A stretch of 64,000 nucleotides of DNA from Spirochaetota bacterium (GCA_050298055.1 JBNKTL010000003.1:1-64000), one strand, 5' to 3'. Positions 20,812-33,054 are shown, counted from the stretch's first letter. A program made the numbers and translations. Notes: a model not told the origin generated them from the sequence alone.

Positions 20812-21849
20812 TCAGAGAAGGTTTATGAGAACAATACCGCCGATGATAATGAGGCCAATCACCACGGCAATGGCAACAAGGAGCTTGCTGTCCATCTTTG
20901 ACTTCTCCACTTCCTTTTTCACAGAATCATCAACCTGGATCTTCACATTTTCATCTTCGACAATTTTGGCAAGAACTCCCTTTGCAACCAGGGCGTAGAG
21001 TATATATCCGCTCTTCTCCTGGGGGATTTTTGCCTTCAGCCTCCCCTTTACCGGGATGACCGTCCCTTCATCATTGGTGGCGTTCAGGACCTCTATGAGT
21101 TTCCTGGTTACCGCATCCTTACCCGGGAGAAGCACCTTTATGATCTCACCCAGTTCAATATCGTTTACATATTTCCCCGATACCGGTGAAACGATTATTG
21201 AACCCTGGACAATATATTTTGCCTCCTGTTCAATGTTCTTGATCCGTTCATCTTCGTAGACAGGTTCTACGGGTTTTTCTTCAGCCTCATGTTGCTCATC
21301 ACCGAAATCAGGTATATCAATCACCAAGCCTTCCATTTCAAGGGTTAGAGAACTGGTCACATTAAGTTCAACCTGGCACTTTAGATCTCCAACATTATAG
21401 TATTCAGTAAGTACCAGGTTGATTTTCCGTATCAGTTCGGCAAGGTTCTCCTCCTGCACATCGGGAAAAATATCAACACTGATCAGCTTATCAAGAAGCG
21501 CGTCCTGAAAATCCCCTGAATCGATAATATCAGTGCCATTTTTGTAACCGTTGGCATCATTCAGGAGAGACTTCCAGTGGTCAAAAATTCTCACACGTTC
21601 AAATATGCTTGCATTAAAAGAAAGCAGAGTGGTAATATTGGCAACATATTCATCTATGGTATTGATGAACGCAAAAAAGAGCCCTGACTCACCCGACTGA
21701 CTGTCATAAAACTTACACTTGACCACACCGATATCCTGGTAGTGGCCTGCGGCCATTTCTTTCGCCTTATCGATGTCTCCCCGTGTATATTTTAACGAAA
21801 TATCCACAAGTTTTGTCTTTTCACCTAACGAATCATACTGTTCAGTCAT
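20812..21849 (-). CDS. Hypothetical acidic protein with C-terminal TM anchor (possibly DUF4899-like)
   Basis: 345-aa ORF; IVSPVSGK..I.LGE.I.V pattern; hydrophobic C-terminus. Confidence 0.7.
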   Translation of the reverse strand: MTEQYDSLGEKTKLVDISLKYTRGDIDKAKEMAAGHYQDIGVVKCKFYDSQSGESGLFFAFINTIDEYVANITTLLSFNASIFERVRIFDHWKSLLNDANGYKNGTDIIDSGDFQDALLDKLISVDIFPDVQEENLAELIRKINLVLTEYYNVGDLKCQVELNVTSSLTLEMEGLVIDIPDFGDEQHEAEEKPVEPVYEDERIKNIEQEAKYIVQGSIIVSPVSGKYVNDIELGEIIKVLLPGKDAVTRKLIEVLNATNDEGTVIPVKGRLKAKIPQEKSGYILYALVAKGVLAKIVEDENVKIQVDDSVKKEVEKSKMDSKLLVAIAVVIGLIIIGGIVLINLL

Positions 21850-22342
21850 AATCCTCTTCCTGGCTCTCTGCTAGACTTTTTTCAATAATTTCATATTTCT
21901 TCTGCGGGCTCAAACCGAGTATCTTGGTAACGCCGGCTATGACCTTCTTTTTATATCTTCCGGGAAAATCGATACTGAGATATCCCCCGGATTCAAGCAT
22001 CTGGGATACAACGACTTTTTCAACAGGCACTTTTATGTTTAACAGGGGGCCCATTGTCCTGACCAGTTGTTCCGGTGATATGAACTTTACAGAAAGTTTC
22101 GGATAGCCTATCTCAAGCCTTCTTATTGCCCTGTAATTTCCATATTTCTTTTCCGAAATATTCTTCCAGTTTTTCGGATTATCGGTAACAAGGAGAGAAA
22201 CTGTTTTTTCGTCTTCGGAAATCAGAATCCTGAAATAAGTACTGTTCATCTTATGAGAAGCTAATAAACCGAAGAGATATTCGTCTTTCCTGCTTTTAAT
22301 TTTCCTTGCCGATTTCATATTATATTTTACTGAACTTTTCAT
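21842..22342 (-). CDS. Hypothetical basic protein
   Basis: 166-aa ORF overlapping both neighbours in an operon. Confidence 0.65.
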   Translation of the reverse strand: MKSSVKYNMKSARKIKSRKDEYLFGLLASHKMNSTYFRILISEDEKTVSLLVTDNPKNWKNISEKKYGNYRAIRRLEIGYPKLSVKFISPEQLVRTMGPLLNIKVPVEKVVVSQMLESGGYLSIDFPGRYKKKVIAGVTKILGLSPQKKYEIIEKSLAESQEEDYD

Positions 22343-22871
22343 CCTCTCTTCTTTTAATCAGTCTCAGAGAATAAAGTTCTGCTGTTATTTCTCCCACTTC
22401 TTCAGCATCAAGTCCCGTAAATTCAACCAGGTCTGCGAGCCCTGCACTTATATTGACCCTCAGGTAATCCAGTATATCCTTTTCCACACCGCTGAGGTTG
22501 CCGAGAAAGAAATTGTTGTTCTGGCATATATCATCAGTTACAACTGCAATCTTCTCACTATTGTAATATGAATATGTATTGAAGACAGAGTCAATATTAA
22601 TTTCACTGGCCGAGGATATATTTTTCAACTTGAGAAAAAAACTTCTTTCTCCGGCTTTTGATTCTTTAATGGTCCTCACAATAAGTTCATCGATAAATGA
22701 GGCATCCATGACCTTTATGCTGTTAAGGTCAAAAAGTACCGTTTCATCTGCAACGGCATTTTTAATTCGGGAGATGACTTTTTCATAGATAAGTTTCCCA
22801 TTCATCCTTGTTATCAGGTCCGGAGCGAATATTTTCAATTCATCTGCTATTTTTCGTATTTTAATATTCAT
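22320..22871 (-). CDS. STAS-like (DUF4325-like) domain plus C-terminal winged-HTH protein
   Basis: VLFDLNSIKVMDASFIDEL resembles the STAS phospho-Ser loop; C-terminal ILDYL..GLADLVEFTGL..L..L.LI is wHTH-like. Confidence 0.6.
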   Translation of the reverse strand: MNIKIRKIADELKIFAPDLITRMNGKLIYEKVISRIKNAVADETVLFDLNSIKVMDASFIDELIVRTIKESKAGERSFFLKLKNISSASEINIDSVFNTYSYYNSEKIAVVTDDICQNNNFFLGNLSGVEKDILDYLRVNISAGLADLVEFTGLDAEEVGEITAELYSLRLIKRREDEKFSKI

Positions 22872-22881
22872 CTGCTTTTTA

Positions 22882-23775
22882 TCAACTGTAAAGTGTAATT
22901 GAGATCTGTGTTCCGCTGAATTTCACCAGATTGGATTTATGAAAAACATAGGGCGCTCCCTTCTTTTTTTTATGATATAGAGCAGTAACCGACGCGTCAC
23001 CGGACCGGATAAAGATTGTCCCTTTGAGCTTCTCCACTATTGAATTGACCTGGCAGAGCCCGTACCCGAACTCCCTCTTGCTGGAAATAGGTGTTGTAAG
23101 CGCCATTTCAATAAGTTTTGCATGACTGTTAAAATCAAGCCCGTCAATCTTCTCAAAGCTATTGACAATCCCGATTCCGGAATCGGAGATAACCATCCTG
23201 ACAATATTCTCCCTGTCCATTGAATATGTCTGGATAGTGAGATATCCCGAATCAAGACTGTGTTCAAATATGTTCTGGCAGAGTTCGGAAATCACAGTAA
23301 CAAAAAAGTCGATGATATAGTCCGACAACCAGAACTTCAGAATATGAGATGCCCTCTTCCTGAAAACCTCTATGACATGAGAGATGATCTTCACACTCTC
23401 CCTCTCCTTGTTGGGAATCTCGGTAATTTCAATCAGTCTTTTGCTCTGAGCACTTCTCTTTAAGAAGTACTTTTCATTGAGAGTGTTATCAATCTCAAAG
23501 ACACCGTTATTGGGGAAGTCCATCCTTACAAGATACTGGTGTATATTGAGAGGGATATTTACTAATCTCAGTTTTTCACCTCTTGCTCTCAGGTAATTCC
23601 TTCCCAAAAGAAGAAGTGAAAGCATTGAATAGGGCTCAATGAAGCTGATTCTGGAAAAATCACAGCAGCTTATCTTTTCAATTATTTTCTCCTGGTGCCC
23701 GAGAATTTCCTCAAAATAAAACTGGTCTCTCAGTTTATCGGGAAGAAGGAATATATTATCATCTTTTACAATCAT
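22882..23775 (-). CDS. STAS-like plus HATPase_c (anti-sigma-kinase-like) ATP-binding protein
   Basis: N-box ELCQNIFEHS, G1 ISDSGIGI, G2 GYGL; N-terminal DFSRISFIEP...YLVRMDF. Confidence 0.75.
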   Translation of the reverse strand: MIVKDDNIFLLPDKLRDQFYFEEILGHQEKIIEKISCCDFSRISFIEPYSMLSLLLLGRNYLRARGEKLRLVNIPLNIHQYLVRMDFPNNGVFEIDNTLNEKYFLKRSAQSKRLIEITEIPNKERESVKIISHVIEVFRKRASHILKFWLSDYIIDFFVTVISELCQNIFEHSLDSGYLTIQTYSMDRENIVRMVISDSGIGIVNSFEKIDGLDFNSHAKLIEMALTTPISSKREFGYGLCQVNSIVEKLKGTIFIRSGDASVTALYHKKKKGAPYVFHKSNLVKFSGTQISITLYS

Positions 23776-23899
23776 TTTCTATATTATTTTTATAATCGCT
23801 TAGAACAGTCCTAGCACACGTCCCTTAATCTATATTTCGGCCTCTTAACAGGGTAACTGAACACATTACTTGTACATGTTTTTAGTTTTGTTGAATAGC

Positions 23900-23931
23900 A
23901 AAAAAAAAGGGCCACTCTTTTGAGTGGCCCC
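23900..23931 (-). terminator. Rho-independent terminator of groESL
   Basis: GGGCCACTC-AAAA-GAGTGGCCC stem followed by a T run on the minus strand. Confidence 0.88.
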
Positions 23932-23966
23932 TTCTGTTAAATATCTTAATTAATATGATGCTTTTT

Positions 23967-25640
<1,674 letters not shown>

Positions 25641-25925
25641 TTAGTCTACTATTGCCAGAACATCACTCTCTGACAAGAGAAGGTATTCTGTTCCCTGGTA
25701 CTTAATCTCAGTTCCAGAATACTTTCCAAAAAGAACTTTGTCTCCAGCCTTCACTGTCATCGGAATAAGCTCTTTTCCATCCTTTTTGCCTTCACCGGCA
25801 GCTATAACCTTTGCAACCTGGGGCTTCTCCTTTGCAGTATCCGGCACAATGATTGATCCAACCTTCTGCTCATCCTCTTCAATGAGTTCCACAAGCAGTT
25901 TGTCTCCTATTGGTTTTATAGCCAC
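25641..25925 (-). CDS. groS: Co-chaperonin GroES
   Basis: [34 protein letters not shown] start with AGGAGG RBS. Confidence 0.98.
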   Translation of the reverse strand: MAIKPIGDKLLVELIEEDEQKVGSIIVPDTAKEKPQVAKVIAAGEGKKDGKELIPMTVKAGDKVLFGKYSGTEIKYQGTEYLLLSESDVLAIVD

Positions 25926-26078
25926 TTAGATCCTCCTAGTAATATTTATTATTGCTATTAATACAAAAAAACAAATCAACTGATCAACTGATCACTGTTC
26001 TTTCAGACAGTCTATCCAGCACACAATTTGTTTTATTAAATTAATATACTAAAATACGTATTCTATTTTCTTCCTTTC

Positions 26079-26108
26079 TGTTAGCACTCACTTAATTGAG
26101 TGCTAACA
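26079..26108. promoter_or_regulatory. CIRCE (HrcA operator) upstream of groES
   Basis: TTAGCACTC-8 nt-GAGTGCTAA (26081-26106); arms extend to 12 bp. Confidence 0.9.
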
Positions 26109-26114
26109 ACAGAT

Positions 26115-26143
26115 AACTTATATTAATATAAAAAAATATTCAA
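26115..26143 (-). promoter_or_regulatory. Putative sigma70 promoter of groESL
   Basis: TTGAAT-17 bp-TAAGTT on the minus strand; predicted start falls at the CIRCE edge. Confidence 0.55.
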
Positions 26144-26256
26144 GTCCAGATATTTTTAATTTGAGTTAATTATAACCGATTAATAGGAAATATCCAGATT
26201 TATGGACAATAATTGAATCTTTGAAAAAAAATGCAATATTAATATTAATAATAATC

Positions 26257-26733
26257 TTACTCTGACCTAAAAAAATCAGACTTTCCCCCTTTTTTTTCAA
26301 TAAGCCTGATATTACTAATAATAATCTCCTTATCAACAGCTTTACACATGTCATAAACAGTGAGTGCGGCCACAGATACTGCGGTTAAAGCTTCCATCTC
26401 TGCCCCGGTCCTGCTCTCAAGTCTTACTTCAGAAGTGATGAAAATGGAATTGTTTTCATGGTCTAATTCCAGTTTCACATTCACATAGGAGAGCATAAGG
26501 GGATGGCAGAGAGGTACGAGATCAGATGTTTTTTTTGCTGCCATGATCCCGGCAGTTCTGGCAATATCAAAGGGATTGCCCTTGGGGAGGAGGTTGTTTT
26601 CTATCATTTCAATGGTTTCCGGCTTAAGCAGAACAGACCCCGAGGCCCTTGCCATCCTGGCAGTAACACTCTTACCGGAAATGTCAACCATTTCCGGGTC
26701 GCCATCATTTGAATAGTGAGTAAAGCTGCTCAT
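26257..26733 (-). CDS. moaC: Cyclic pyranopterin monophosphate synthase
   Basis: MVDISGK, KGNP, AGIMAAKKTSDLVPLCH, TGAEMEAL, YDMCKA, KKGGKS. Confidence 0.96.
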   Translation of the reverse strand: MSSFTHYSNDGDPEMVDISGKSVTARMARASGSVLLKPETIEMIENNLLPKGNPFDIARTAGIMAAKKTSDLVPLCHPLMLSYVNVKLELDHENNSIFITSEVRLESRTGAEMEALTAVSVAALTVYDMCKAVDKEIIISNIRLIEKKGGKSDFFRSE

Positions 26734-26746
26734 AACACTCCGTAAT

Positions 26747-27514
26747 TCAACCCGCTTTGCTCCCCTCGCCACCCTGTTCCGTAAAGATTTTTACCGTATA
26801 ACGTAAAAGTCCAAATACAATATAGAGCAGGGTACAGGCAAAGACCGAAACCATCCCCGCGAAGACCAGGATGGTCACAATAACCGCAACAGTGATTATT
26901 GAAGGGACAAGTCCTTTTTTCATTATTTCGGAAAACAGTTTAGTATAATTGACATTTGATACCATCAAAAGTGCTATACAGATATAAAGGAAGATAAAGA
27001 TGTTCAGTGATAAAGAATATCCAAATTTACCAAAAAACAGGACATCAGTATAAGGAAACATAAAAATAGACGCGATAAAGATCCCCGCAGGAGGTGAAGG
27101 AAGCCCCATAAACCCCTTTTTTACTTCGGTAATATTAAACCGGGCAAGCCTGACGGTTGCACAGATGGGAAAGAGCAGCGCAAGAAACATACCCAGATCC
27201 AGGCCAAGGCCAATTTCGGGAAGCCTGTAGAGATACGCCTGGTATGAAAGATACCCGGGAGCAATTCCATAAGAAACCGAATCAGCAAGGGAATCGAGCT
27301 GCAAACCAATGGCGCTTTCCACCTTAAGTGCCCGTGCCAGTGATCCGTCCATAAGATCAAATATCGACGCTACAAATATCAGGACCCCGGCCATGGCGGT
27401 ATTTTCCGTAAGCCCTGTTCCTTTGCTGGCAATTAAAATTGCAATAAAGCCCGCAGCGAGATTACCCATGGTACAGCTGTTGGGTATGATGCTCCATTTA
27501 GATTCCATATACAA
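26747..27514 (-). CDS. pssA: CDP-diacylglycerol--serine O-phosphatidyltransferase
   Basis: IPN..T.GN, DLMDG.LAR, G.QLDSLAD.VSYG, RLARFN, GLPSP. Confidence 0.85.
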   Translation of the reverse strand: MYMESKWSIIPNSCTMGNLAAGFIAILIASKGTGLTENTAMAGVLIFVASIFDLMDGSLARALKVESAIGLQLDSLADSVSYGIAPGYLSYQAYLYRLPEIGLGLDLGMFLALLFPICATVRLARFNITEVKKGFMGLPSPPAGIFIASIFMFPYTDVLFFGKFGYSLSLNIFIFLYICIALLMVSNVNYTKLFSEIMKKGLVPSIITVAVIVTILVFAGMVSVFACTLLYIVFGLLRYTVKIFTEQGGEGSKAG

Positions 27515-27599
27515 TCCTGTTTTTTATTTCACATTGAGATAAATATTGTCAAAAAAACAATATGTCAAATAGAAAATTTTAATTCTTTTACTTCATTCC

Positions 27600-28703
27600 C
27601 TATGCTTTTTTATTCCGTACTTCAAGAAGCTCCCTGTGCCTCTCCAGGCCAAGTTCAATAAGCTTTGATATAAGGTCCCTGTACCCGATCCCGCTGTGGT
27701 CCCAGAGCTTCGGATACATGCTGATACTGGTGAACCCCGGCAGTGTATTTATTTCATTGAGATAGATTTCGCCGCTCTCCCTTTGGAGAAAGAAATCTAC
27801 CCTTGCCATGCCGGAACAGTTCAGGACAGTATATGCTTTTACTGCTTCATCTCTTATCTTCGCTGAGAGTGGTTCTTCAATATCAGCAGGAATAACAAGT
27901 TCTGCTCCATTATCATCAAGATACTTTGCCTCATACGAGTAGAATTCATGCCGGGGAATTATTTCTCCCAGAACCGATGCCGCCGGAGCGCTGTTTCCAA
28001 GTACAGAACACTCTATCTCACGGGCATTGACGGCCTTCTCAATCAATATTTTGAGGTCATAAGTAAAAGCATATTCAACCGCTTCTTCCAGCTGCTCCCT
28101 GTTTTCCGCCTTTTTTATTCCCACTGATGAACCCGATGTTGCAGGTTTAATGAACAGGGGGTAACCAAGCTCTTCCTCTGCCCGTAAGATGATATCATTC
28201 CTTCCGTTTTTCCATAAACTCCTGTTCAGGGTAAGCCAGGGAACAACAGGTATTTTCGAATCCCTGAGAAGCCTCTTGGCAACATCCTTATCCATCCCAA
28301 TGACCGAACCGGTAACATTCGCCCCCACATAAGGGACCATTGAAAGCTCCAGGAGGCCCTGCAGTGTTCCATCTTCACAATATGTACCATGCATCACGGG
28401 AAAAACAACATCCACCGAAACCTTTTTCCCATTCTCAGTATCATAAAGATTGAGCCTGTTATCATCATTGAAGTGGTTGAGGTACCAGGTACCTTCTTTT
28501 TTGAGGTCCATTTTCCTGCCAAAATCGGCATCATCCACCATGAGAGGTTCATCCTGCACATACCATTTCCCGTCCCTGTCTATACCGATAGCAGTAACAG
28601 TGTATCGTTCCCTGTCAATTGCGGAGACAACAGATGCGGCAGAACACCTGGACACATCGTGCTCTTCGGACCTTCCGCCATAGAGAATACCAACATTCAG
28701 CAC
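27600..28703 (-). CDS. ddl: D-alanine--D-alanine ligase
   Basis: GGRSEEHDVS, HGTYCEDG, GSSVG, FYSYEAKY, NEINTLPG. Confidence 0.97.
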   Translation of the reverse strand: MLNVGILYGGRSEEHDVSRCSAASVVSAIDRERYTVTAIGIDRDGKWYVQDEPLMVDDADFGRKMDLKKEGTWYLNHFNDDNRLNLYDTENGKKVSVDVVFPVMHGTYCEDGTLQGLLELSMVPYVGANVTGSVIGMDKDVAKRLLRDSKIPVVPWLTLNRSLWKNGRNDIILRAEEELGYPLFIKPATSGSSVGIKKAENREQLEEAVEYAFTYDLKILIEKAVNAREIECSVLGNSAPAASVLGEIIPRHEFYSYEAKYLDDNGAELVIPADIEEPLSAKIRDEAVKAYTVLNCSGMARVDFFLQRESGEIYLNEINTLPGFTSISMYPKLWDHSGIGYRDLISKLIELGLERHRELLEVRNKKA

Positions 28704-28709
28704 AATAAG

Positions 28710-29933
28710 TTACTCCAGTTCAATAAATTCTTCATGTATTGCCTTGATTGCCAGTTCGGTAAATTTACTGTCTATAACACAGGAGATCCCGATTTCAGAC
28801 GTAGAGATCATCTCAATATTTATCCCCTGCTTTGAAAGGACATGGAACATTTTGCCGGCCACACCATATGCGGAGAGCATCCCCACGCCGACAGCCGAAA
28901 CAATGGCGATATCCTCCTTGGAGTCTATCCCCGTTGCTTTGAAATCATCCATAAGCTGCCTACAGAGCTCCAGGGTTTTTTCCCTGTCGTTTTTTAACAC
29001 GGTAAAGGATATGGAAGCCCTGTTATCATGCCCTGTTGACTGAACGATCATATTCACATAGATCCTGTTTTTACCCAGCAGGTCAAAAAGGGCCGCGGCA
29101 ATTCCCGGCCTGTCCGGAACGTCCCTGATGGTAATCTTGGCCTCGTCAAGTTTTGAAGTGACACCGCTGATTAAGAATTTCTCCATCATATCCTCCCTGG
29201 ACATTACAATTGTCCCTTCTTCCGTATTAAAACTGGACCTCACATGGAGTTTCACTTTATATTTTTTCGCGAACTCAACAGACCGGGAATGAAGAACCCC
29301 CGCACCAAGCCTGGAGAGCTCAAGCATCTCATCATAGCTAATCTCTTTAAGCTTTCTTGGCTGACTCACAACCCTGGGATCTGCCGTATAAACGCCGTCA
29401 ACATCTGTGAATATTTCACAATACTCGCTATCAAGAACCGCAGCAATAGCAACAGCCGAAGTATCAGAACCTCCGCGGCCCAGGGTTGTAATATTTTCAT
29501 CGGTATCCACACCCTGAAAGCCGGCTACAATAACAACCTTATTGTCATCAAGGGAAGACCTGATCCTTTCGGTTGAGATACTCTCTATTTTTGCGTTGGA
29601 AAAATTTCCATCTGTCTTGACCTTCACCTGGGCCCCGGTAAAAGAGATTGCATCAATTCCAGTTTCATGAAGCGCCATGGCAAGGAGTGAAATTGAAACC
29701 TGTTCCCCTGTTGAAAGGAGCATGTCCATCTCCCTCTTACTGGGATGAGCGGTGATCTCCCCGGCCAGTTTCATCAGCTCGTCGGTTGTCTTCCCCATAG
29801 CGGAGACAATAACGACAACCTTGCAACCCTCATCCACATAAGATTTTATCCTGTTGGCTACGGCTATTATTCGCTCTGAGGAACCAACGGAAGTTCCGCC
29901 ATATTTCTGGACTATTAATCTACTCTCAGACAT
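28710..29933 (-). CDS. lysC: Aspartate kinase
   Basis: [32 protein letters not shown], two ACT domains. Confidence 0.96.
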   Translation of the reverse strand: MSESRLIVQKYGGTSVGSSERIIAVANRIKSYVDEGCKVVVIVSAMGKTTDELMKLAGEITAHPSKREMDMLLSTGEQVSISLLAMALHETGIDAISFTGAQVKVKTDGNFSNAKIESISTERIRSSLDDNKVVIVAGFQGVDTDENITTLGRGGSDTSAVAIAAVLDSEYCEIFTDVDGVYTADPRVVSQPRKLKEISYDEMLELSRLGAGVLHSRSVEFAKKYKVKLHVRSSFNTEEGTIVMSREDMMEKFLISGVTSKLDEAKITIRDVPDRPGIAAALFDLLGKNRIYVNMIVQSTGHDNRASISFTVLKNDREKTLELCRQLMDDFKATGIDSKEDIAIVSAVGVGMLSAYGVAGKMFHVLSKQGINIEMISTSEIGISCVIDSKFTELAIKAIHEEFIELE

Positions 29934-29986
29934 CCTGCTTTTCCTAACAGTTAACAATTAGTAATTTCAATTTTTAACTTTTTTTA

Positions 29987-31357
29987 TTAATTGATTGAGA
30001 CTGTTCCATTAGCAGTTACAGTTACAACACTACCTGAATTCATCTGTGTTGGAGTGCCGTCATAAGGAAGATCCCCGTATGCAGGTGTACCGCTGAGAAA
30101 GTAAACTTTATAGTCACCGGGCATAACATTATCGATGGTGTATGTACCGGCACCGGAACTCCACACTGCAAGGGGCGGGACTTTAAAGCTGCTTACCGCA
30201 CTTTCATAATCGTCCCAGTCCTGCTCATAGGTATCAGAATCGGAACATGTAGCAATACTGGTGTTCCAGTCAATCTTAAATTTTTCATATTTCAGATAGT
30301 AATCCAGATAAGGATCAATATACCCGGACGGATCTGACGGGACCCGGGGAAAATCACAATTATTGCTGCCGCCTCTCGTTATTGATGGAGCATCCATATT
30401 GTAATCACTTATAGCTTCATCAGCGGGAATTGCGATGATGTACCCGGTACCGGTGGTATCTACTTCAATGGTTCCCACCATGGAGGGAACATAGAACCTG
30501 GCTACCGCATGAAGATTACCTCCGATATCGGTTTCACCTTCCTGTACATCCCGAAGCCAGTCCGAGAGTCCATAGAAGTGGATCACATTCAGGACACCCT
30601 CATCGTAATAATCGTACTCATATTTCTTTATAAAGTTCTTAAACACAAGCCGCACTTCAAGAACAGCCTCTTCATAGTCTTTGCTGTAGTACATGCCTCC
30701 CGGTATTCTCACTTTAAGGGGAAAGACCCTGTTGGTATTTTCAGCCTCAAGCCTGAGGCTGTCGTAGTAGGTGTTTACCTGGAACCTGTTTATATTGAAA
30801 GCGTTAACAGTCTTTTCATGATAAATATCTTCCACATCTTCAACAAATTCCCATCCGCTGCTTCCATACTGGTACCGCCTGGCACCGTCAAAGAGGACTT
30901 TCCGAATATACATTCTCAGGTATGAATAGTTCTTGCCATGTACCGGATCATCATTTTTCAGTGTTACTCCCTGGCCATTGAAAAAAGGATCAGAATCGTC
31001 AAGAGGGGCGCTCACCAGCTGCCTGTAATTTGCAAATTTCCTGCTATCAAGCCTCAGCTCTGCCACGTCCAGCATTAAAGTTGTGGGAGCACTATCTGAA
31101 GCGCCGCTGTAATCATCAACAGAGTCATCCATCATTGCCCCATTGGGGGCCAGAGTATCCCAGGTTCTTGGAGTACCGTTGGATTCGTATGTGCCCTTTA
31201 AAATAAGAGTCAGCCTGTTGGTGGCAAGTTCAGTAAAGAGAGACCTGTTCTCGCAGGATGTTATAAAAATAATCAATAAAAACAGAAGCAGAGCTCCCTT
31301 TCTCCTGCTTTTCATGAATCTAATAAGAGTATTTTTTACCATAGCAGTTTTTTTCAT
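29987..31357 (-). CDS. Predicted surface lipoprotein of unknown function
   Basis: Basic N-terminus, hydrophobic stretch and ITSC lipobox; Tyr/Asp-rich, beta-rich mature part. Confidence 0.75.
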   Translation of the reverse strand: MKKTAMVKNTLIRFMKSRRKGALLLFLLIIFITSCENRSLFTELATNRLTLILKGTYESNGTPRTWDTLAPNGAMMDDSVDDYSGASDSAPTTLMLDVAELRLDSRKFANYRQLVSAPLDDSDPFFNGQGVTLKNDDPVHGKNYSYLRMYIRKVLFDGARRYQYGSSGWEFVEDVEDIYHEKTVNAFNINRFQVNTYYDSLRLEAENTNRVFPLKVRIPGGMYYSKDYEEAVLEVRLVFKNFIKKYEYDYYDEGVLNVIHFYGLSDWLRDVQEGETDIGGNLHAVARFYVPSMVGTIEVDTTGTGYIIAIPADEAISDYNMDAPSITRGGSNNCDFPRVPSDPSGYIDPYLDYYLKYEKFKIDWNTSIATCSDSDTYEQDWDDYESAVSSFKVPPLAVWSSGAGTYTIDNVMPGDYKVYFLSGTPAYGDLPYDGTPTQMNSGSVVTVTANGTVSIN

Positions 31358-31968
31358 ATATTAATATTAAAAAAGAGTGAAAGGCCCGCATTGAGAATAT
31401 GCCCCCCTTCCTGATAATTATCAGCATAACCTTCATAAAGATGTAAATAGTCTATTCTTAACCCGATATTTATAATTCTTCCCGCGGGAAAGGAAAGTTC
31501 AAATCCTCCCATAAAAACAGGGTCCCATTGCGATGAATCATCAGGCATCATATGAACATAGCTGCCTCCCGCGCCGGCTTTGAGTTGTATTTTTACCGGC
31601 CAGTTTAACGGAAGAAGATAAATAAAATTTCCATATACCGGGATCGCGGTAAGTTCATTTACTCCATCTGATTCAAATTTGTGGTATGATGAGTCCAGAC
31701 CAATTTTCAACAACTTCCACGGGGTGTTATATCTTACAAAGATACCGGCACCCACAGCAGGATCAAGATGTTCATAGGTTGAATAGACAGGGGTTATCGG
31801 TCCGAACCAGATCCCGACCTGCGGTTTGAGAAAATAATCCTTTCTGCTCCTGATTGCATACGCTGTTGAACTGTAAACCAGAATAACAACGAGAGTAAGC
31901 AGTAGTGTTTTTATTGCCCTTTTCTTATTCACCGGTATCAAACCCCTCGGCATTAATAAATAACTCAT
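31354..31968 (-). CDS. Predicted small outer-membrane beta-barrel protein
   Basis: Signal peptide (AYA), alternating hydrophobic strands (KAGAGGSY, IGLRIDY), C-terminal LNAGLSLFF strand. Confidence 0.65.
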   Translation of the reverse strand: MSYLLMPRGLIPVNKKRAIKTLLLTLVVILVYSSTAYAIRSRKDYFLKPQVGIWFGPITPVYSTYEHLDPAVGAGIFVRYNTPWKLLKIGLDSSYHKFESDGVNELTAIPVYGNFIYLLPLNWPVKIQLKAGAGGSYVHMMPDDSSQWDPVFMGGFELSFPAGRIINIGLRIDYLHLYEGYADNYQEGGHILNAGLSLFFNINI

Positions 31969-32247
31969 AAATACATAGAATGTTTATAATTTTATCAGGA
32001 TAATTAATGTCAATAAGATTATAACGGGTCGAAAAAATTATCATTTTCAAGTGATCATTTTATTCCTTAGTTTGAGAGTAACCGCTGAGCCCGCGTAATT
32101 TTGCACCAAAAAGATTCTCTTAATAGTTTGATATTCCGGCAGTTAACCAATCATGATAAGTTAAAAATCACGCAGTCGAAGTATTAGAATACTCATATTA
32201 AAAAAAGTTAACTTTTTTCTAATACAAGGGAAAACAGTTGAAGCTTC

Positions 32248-33054
32248 TTATTCCCTTTTAAATGCAGCGGGATAAGATGAAAGCGCGGGATTATATGAGA
32301 CCTGAGAAAGATAGAGACCATATGCCGGGGCTGTTTTCCCGCTGCAGTCTCTGTCCTTTTTTTCCAGAATCTGCTTTATATAGGAAGGGTCCCTTCCTTC
32401 CCTGTACATCTCGACAATTGTACCGACGATGATTCTTATCATATTATGGAGAAAGGCATTACCGGAGATCTTAAAACTGATGAGGTCAAATTTACGATCA
32501 ATCTTAATAGTGCTGATTGCTCTTACCGTATTTTCTTCAGCTGAAATTTTTTTACAGAAAGATTTAAAATCATATTCACCCACCAGGTTTTGGGCTGTCT
32601 TCCGCATATAATCAATATCGATATTCGAATTTAACCACATTGCCCGGTACCTCATAAAGGGTGTCCTTTGAGGATGGTTATAAATAAGATAAAGATATTC
32701 CCTCTCAACAGCCGAAAACCGCGCGTCAAATGACGAATCAACTTCAAAAGCATTTTTAATGGATATATCGTGAGGAAAAATTCCGTTTAATCCGAGACAG
32801 ATCCTGTCAAGGGTCACATTACTCCCTGTATCAAAATGTATGACCTGCCCCAGTGCATGAACACCGGAATCGGTCCTGCCCGAGGCCTTTATCCGAATTT
32901 TCTCTCTGAGAAGTACTTTAAGCCCGTTTTCAATCTCCTGTTGAACAGTCCTGCCGTTATCCTGTATCTGAAATCCATTAAAATCCGTACCGTCATACTG
33001 AACAAGGAGCGCTATTCGTCTCCCGTTTCCTTCCCTTCTCCTTCCTCTGTCCAT
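32248..33054 (-). CDS. truA: tRNA pseudouridine(38-40) synthase
   Basis: YDGTDFNGFQ, GRTDSGVHA, FLHNMIR, TAPAYGL. Confidence 0.97.
   Translation of the reverse strand: MDRGRRREGNGRRIALLVQYDGTDFNGFQIQDNGRTVQQEIENGLKVLLREKIRIKASGRTDSGVHALGQVIHFDTGSNVTLDRICLGLNGIFPHDISIKNAFEVDSSFDARFSAVEREYLYLIYNHPQRTPFMRYRAMWLNSNIDIDYMRKTAQNLVGEYDFKSFCKKISAEENTVRAISTIKIDRKFDLISFKISGNAFLHNMIRIIVGTIVEMYREGRDPSYIKQILEKKDRDCSGKTAPAYGLYLSQVSYNPALSSYPAAFKRE

Noticed and set aside
25976..25997. Short ACTGATC tandem upstream of groES
   Set aside because: Only 2-3 imperfect units; may be another periodic module but too weak to call
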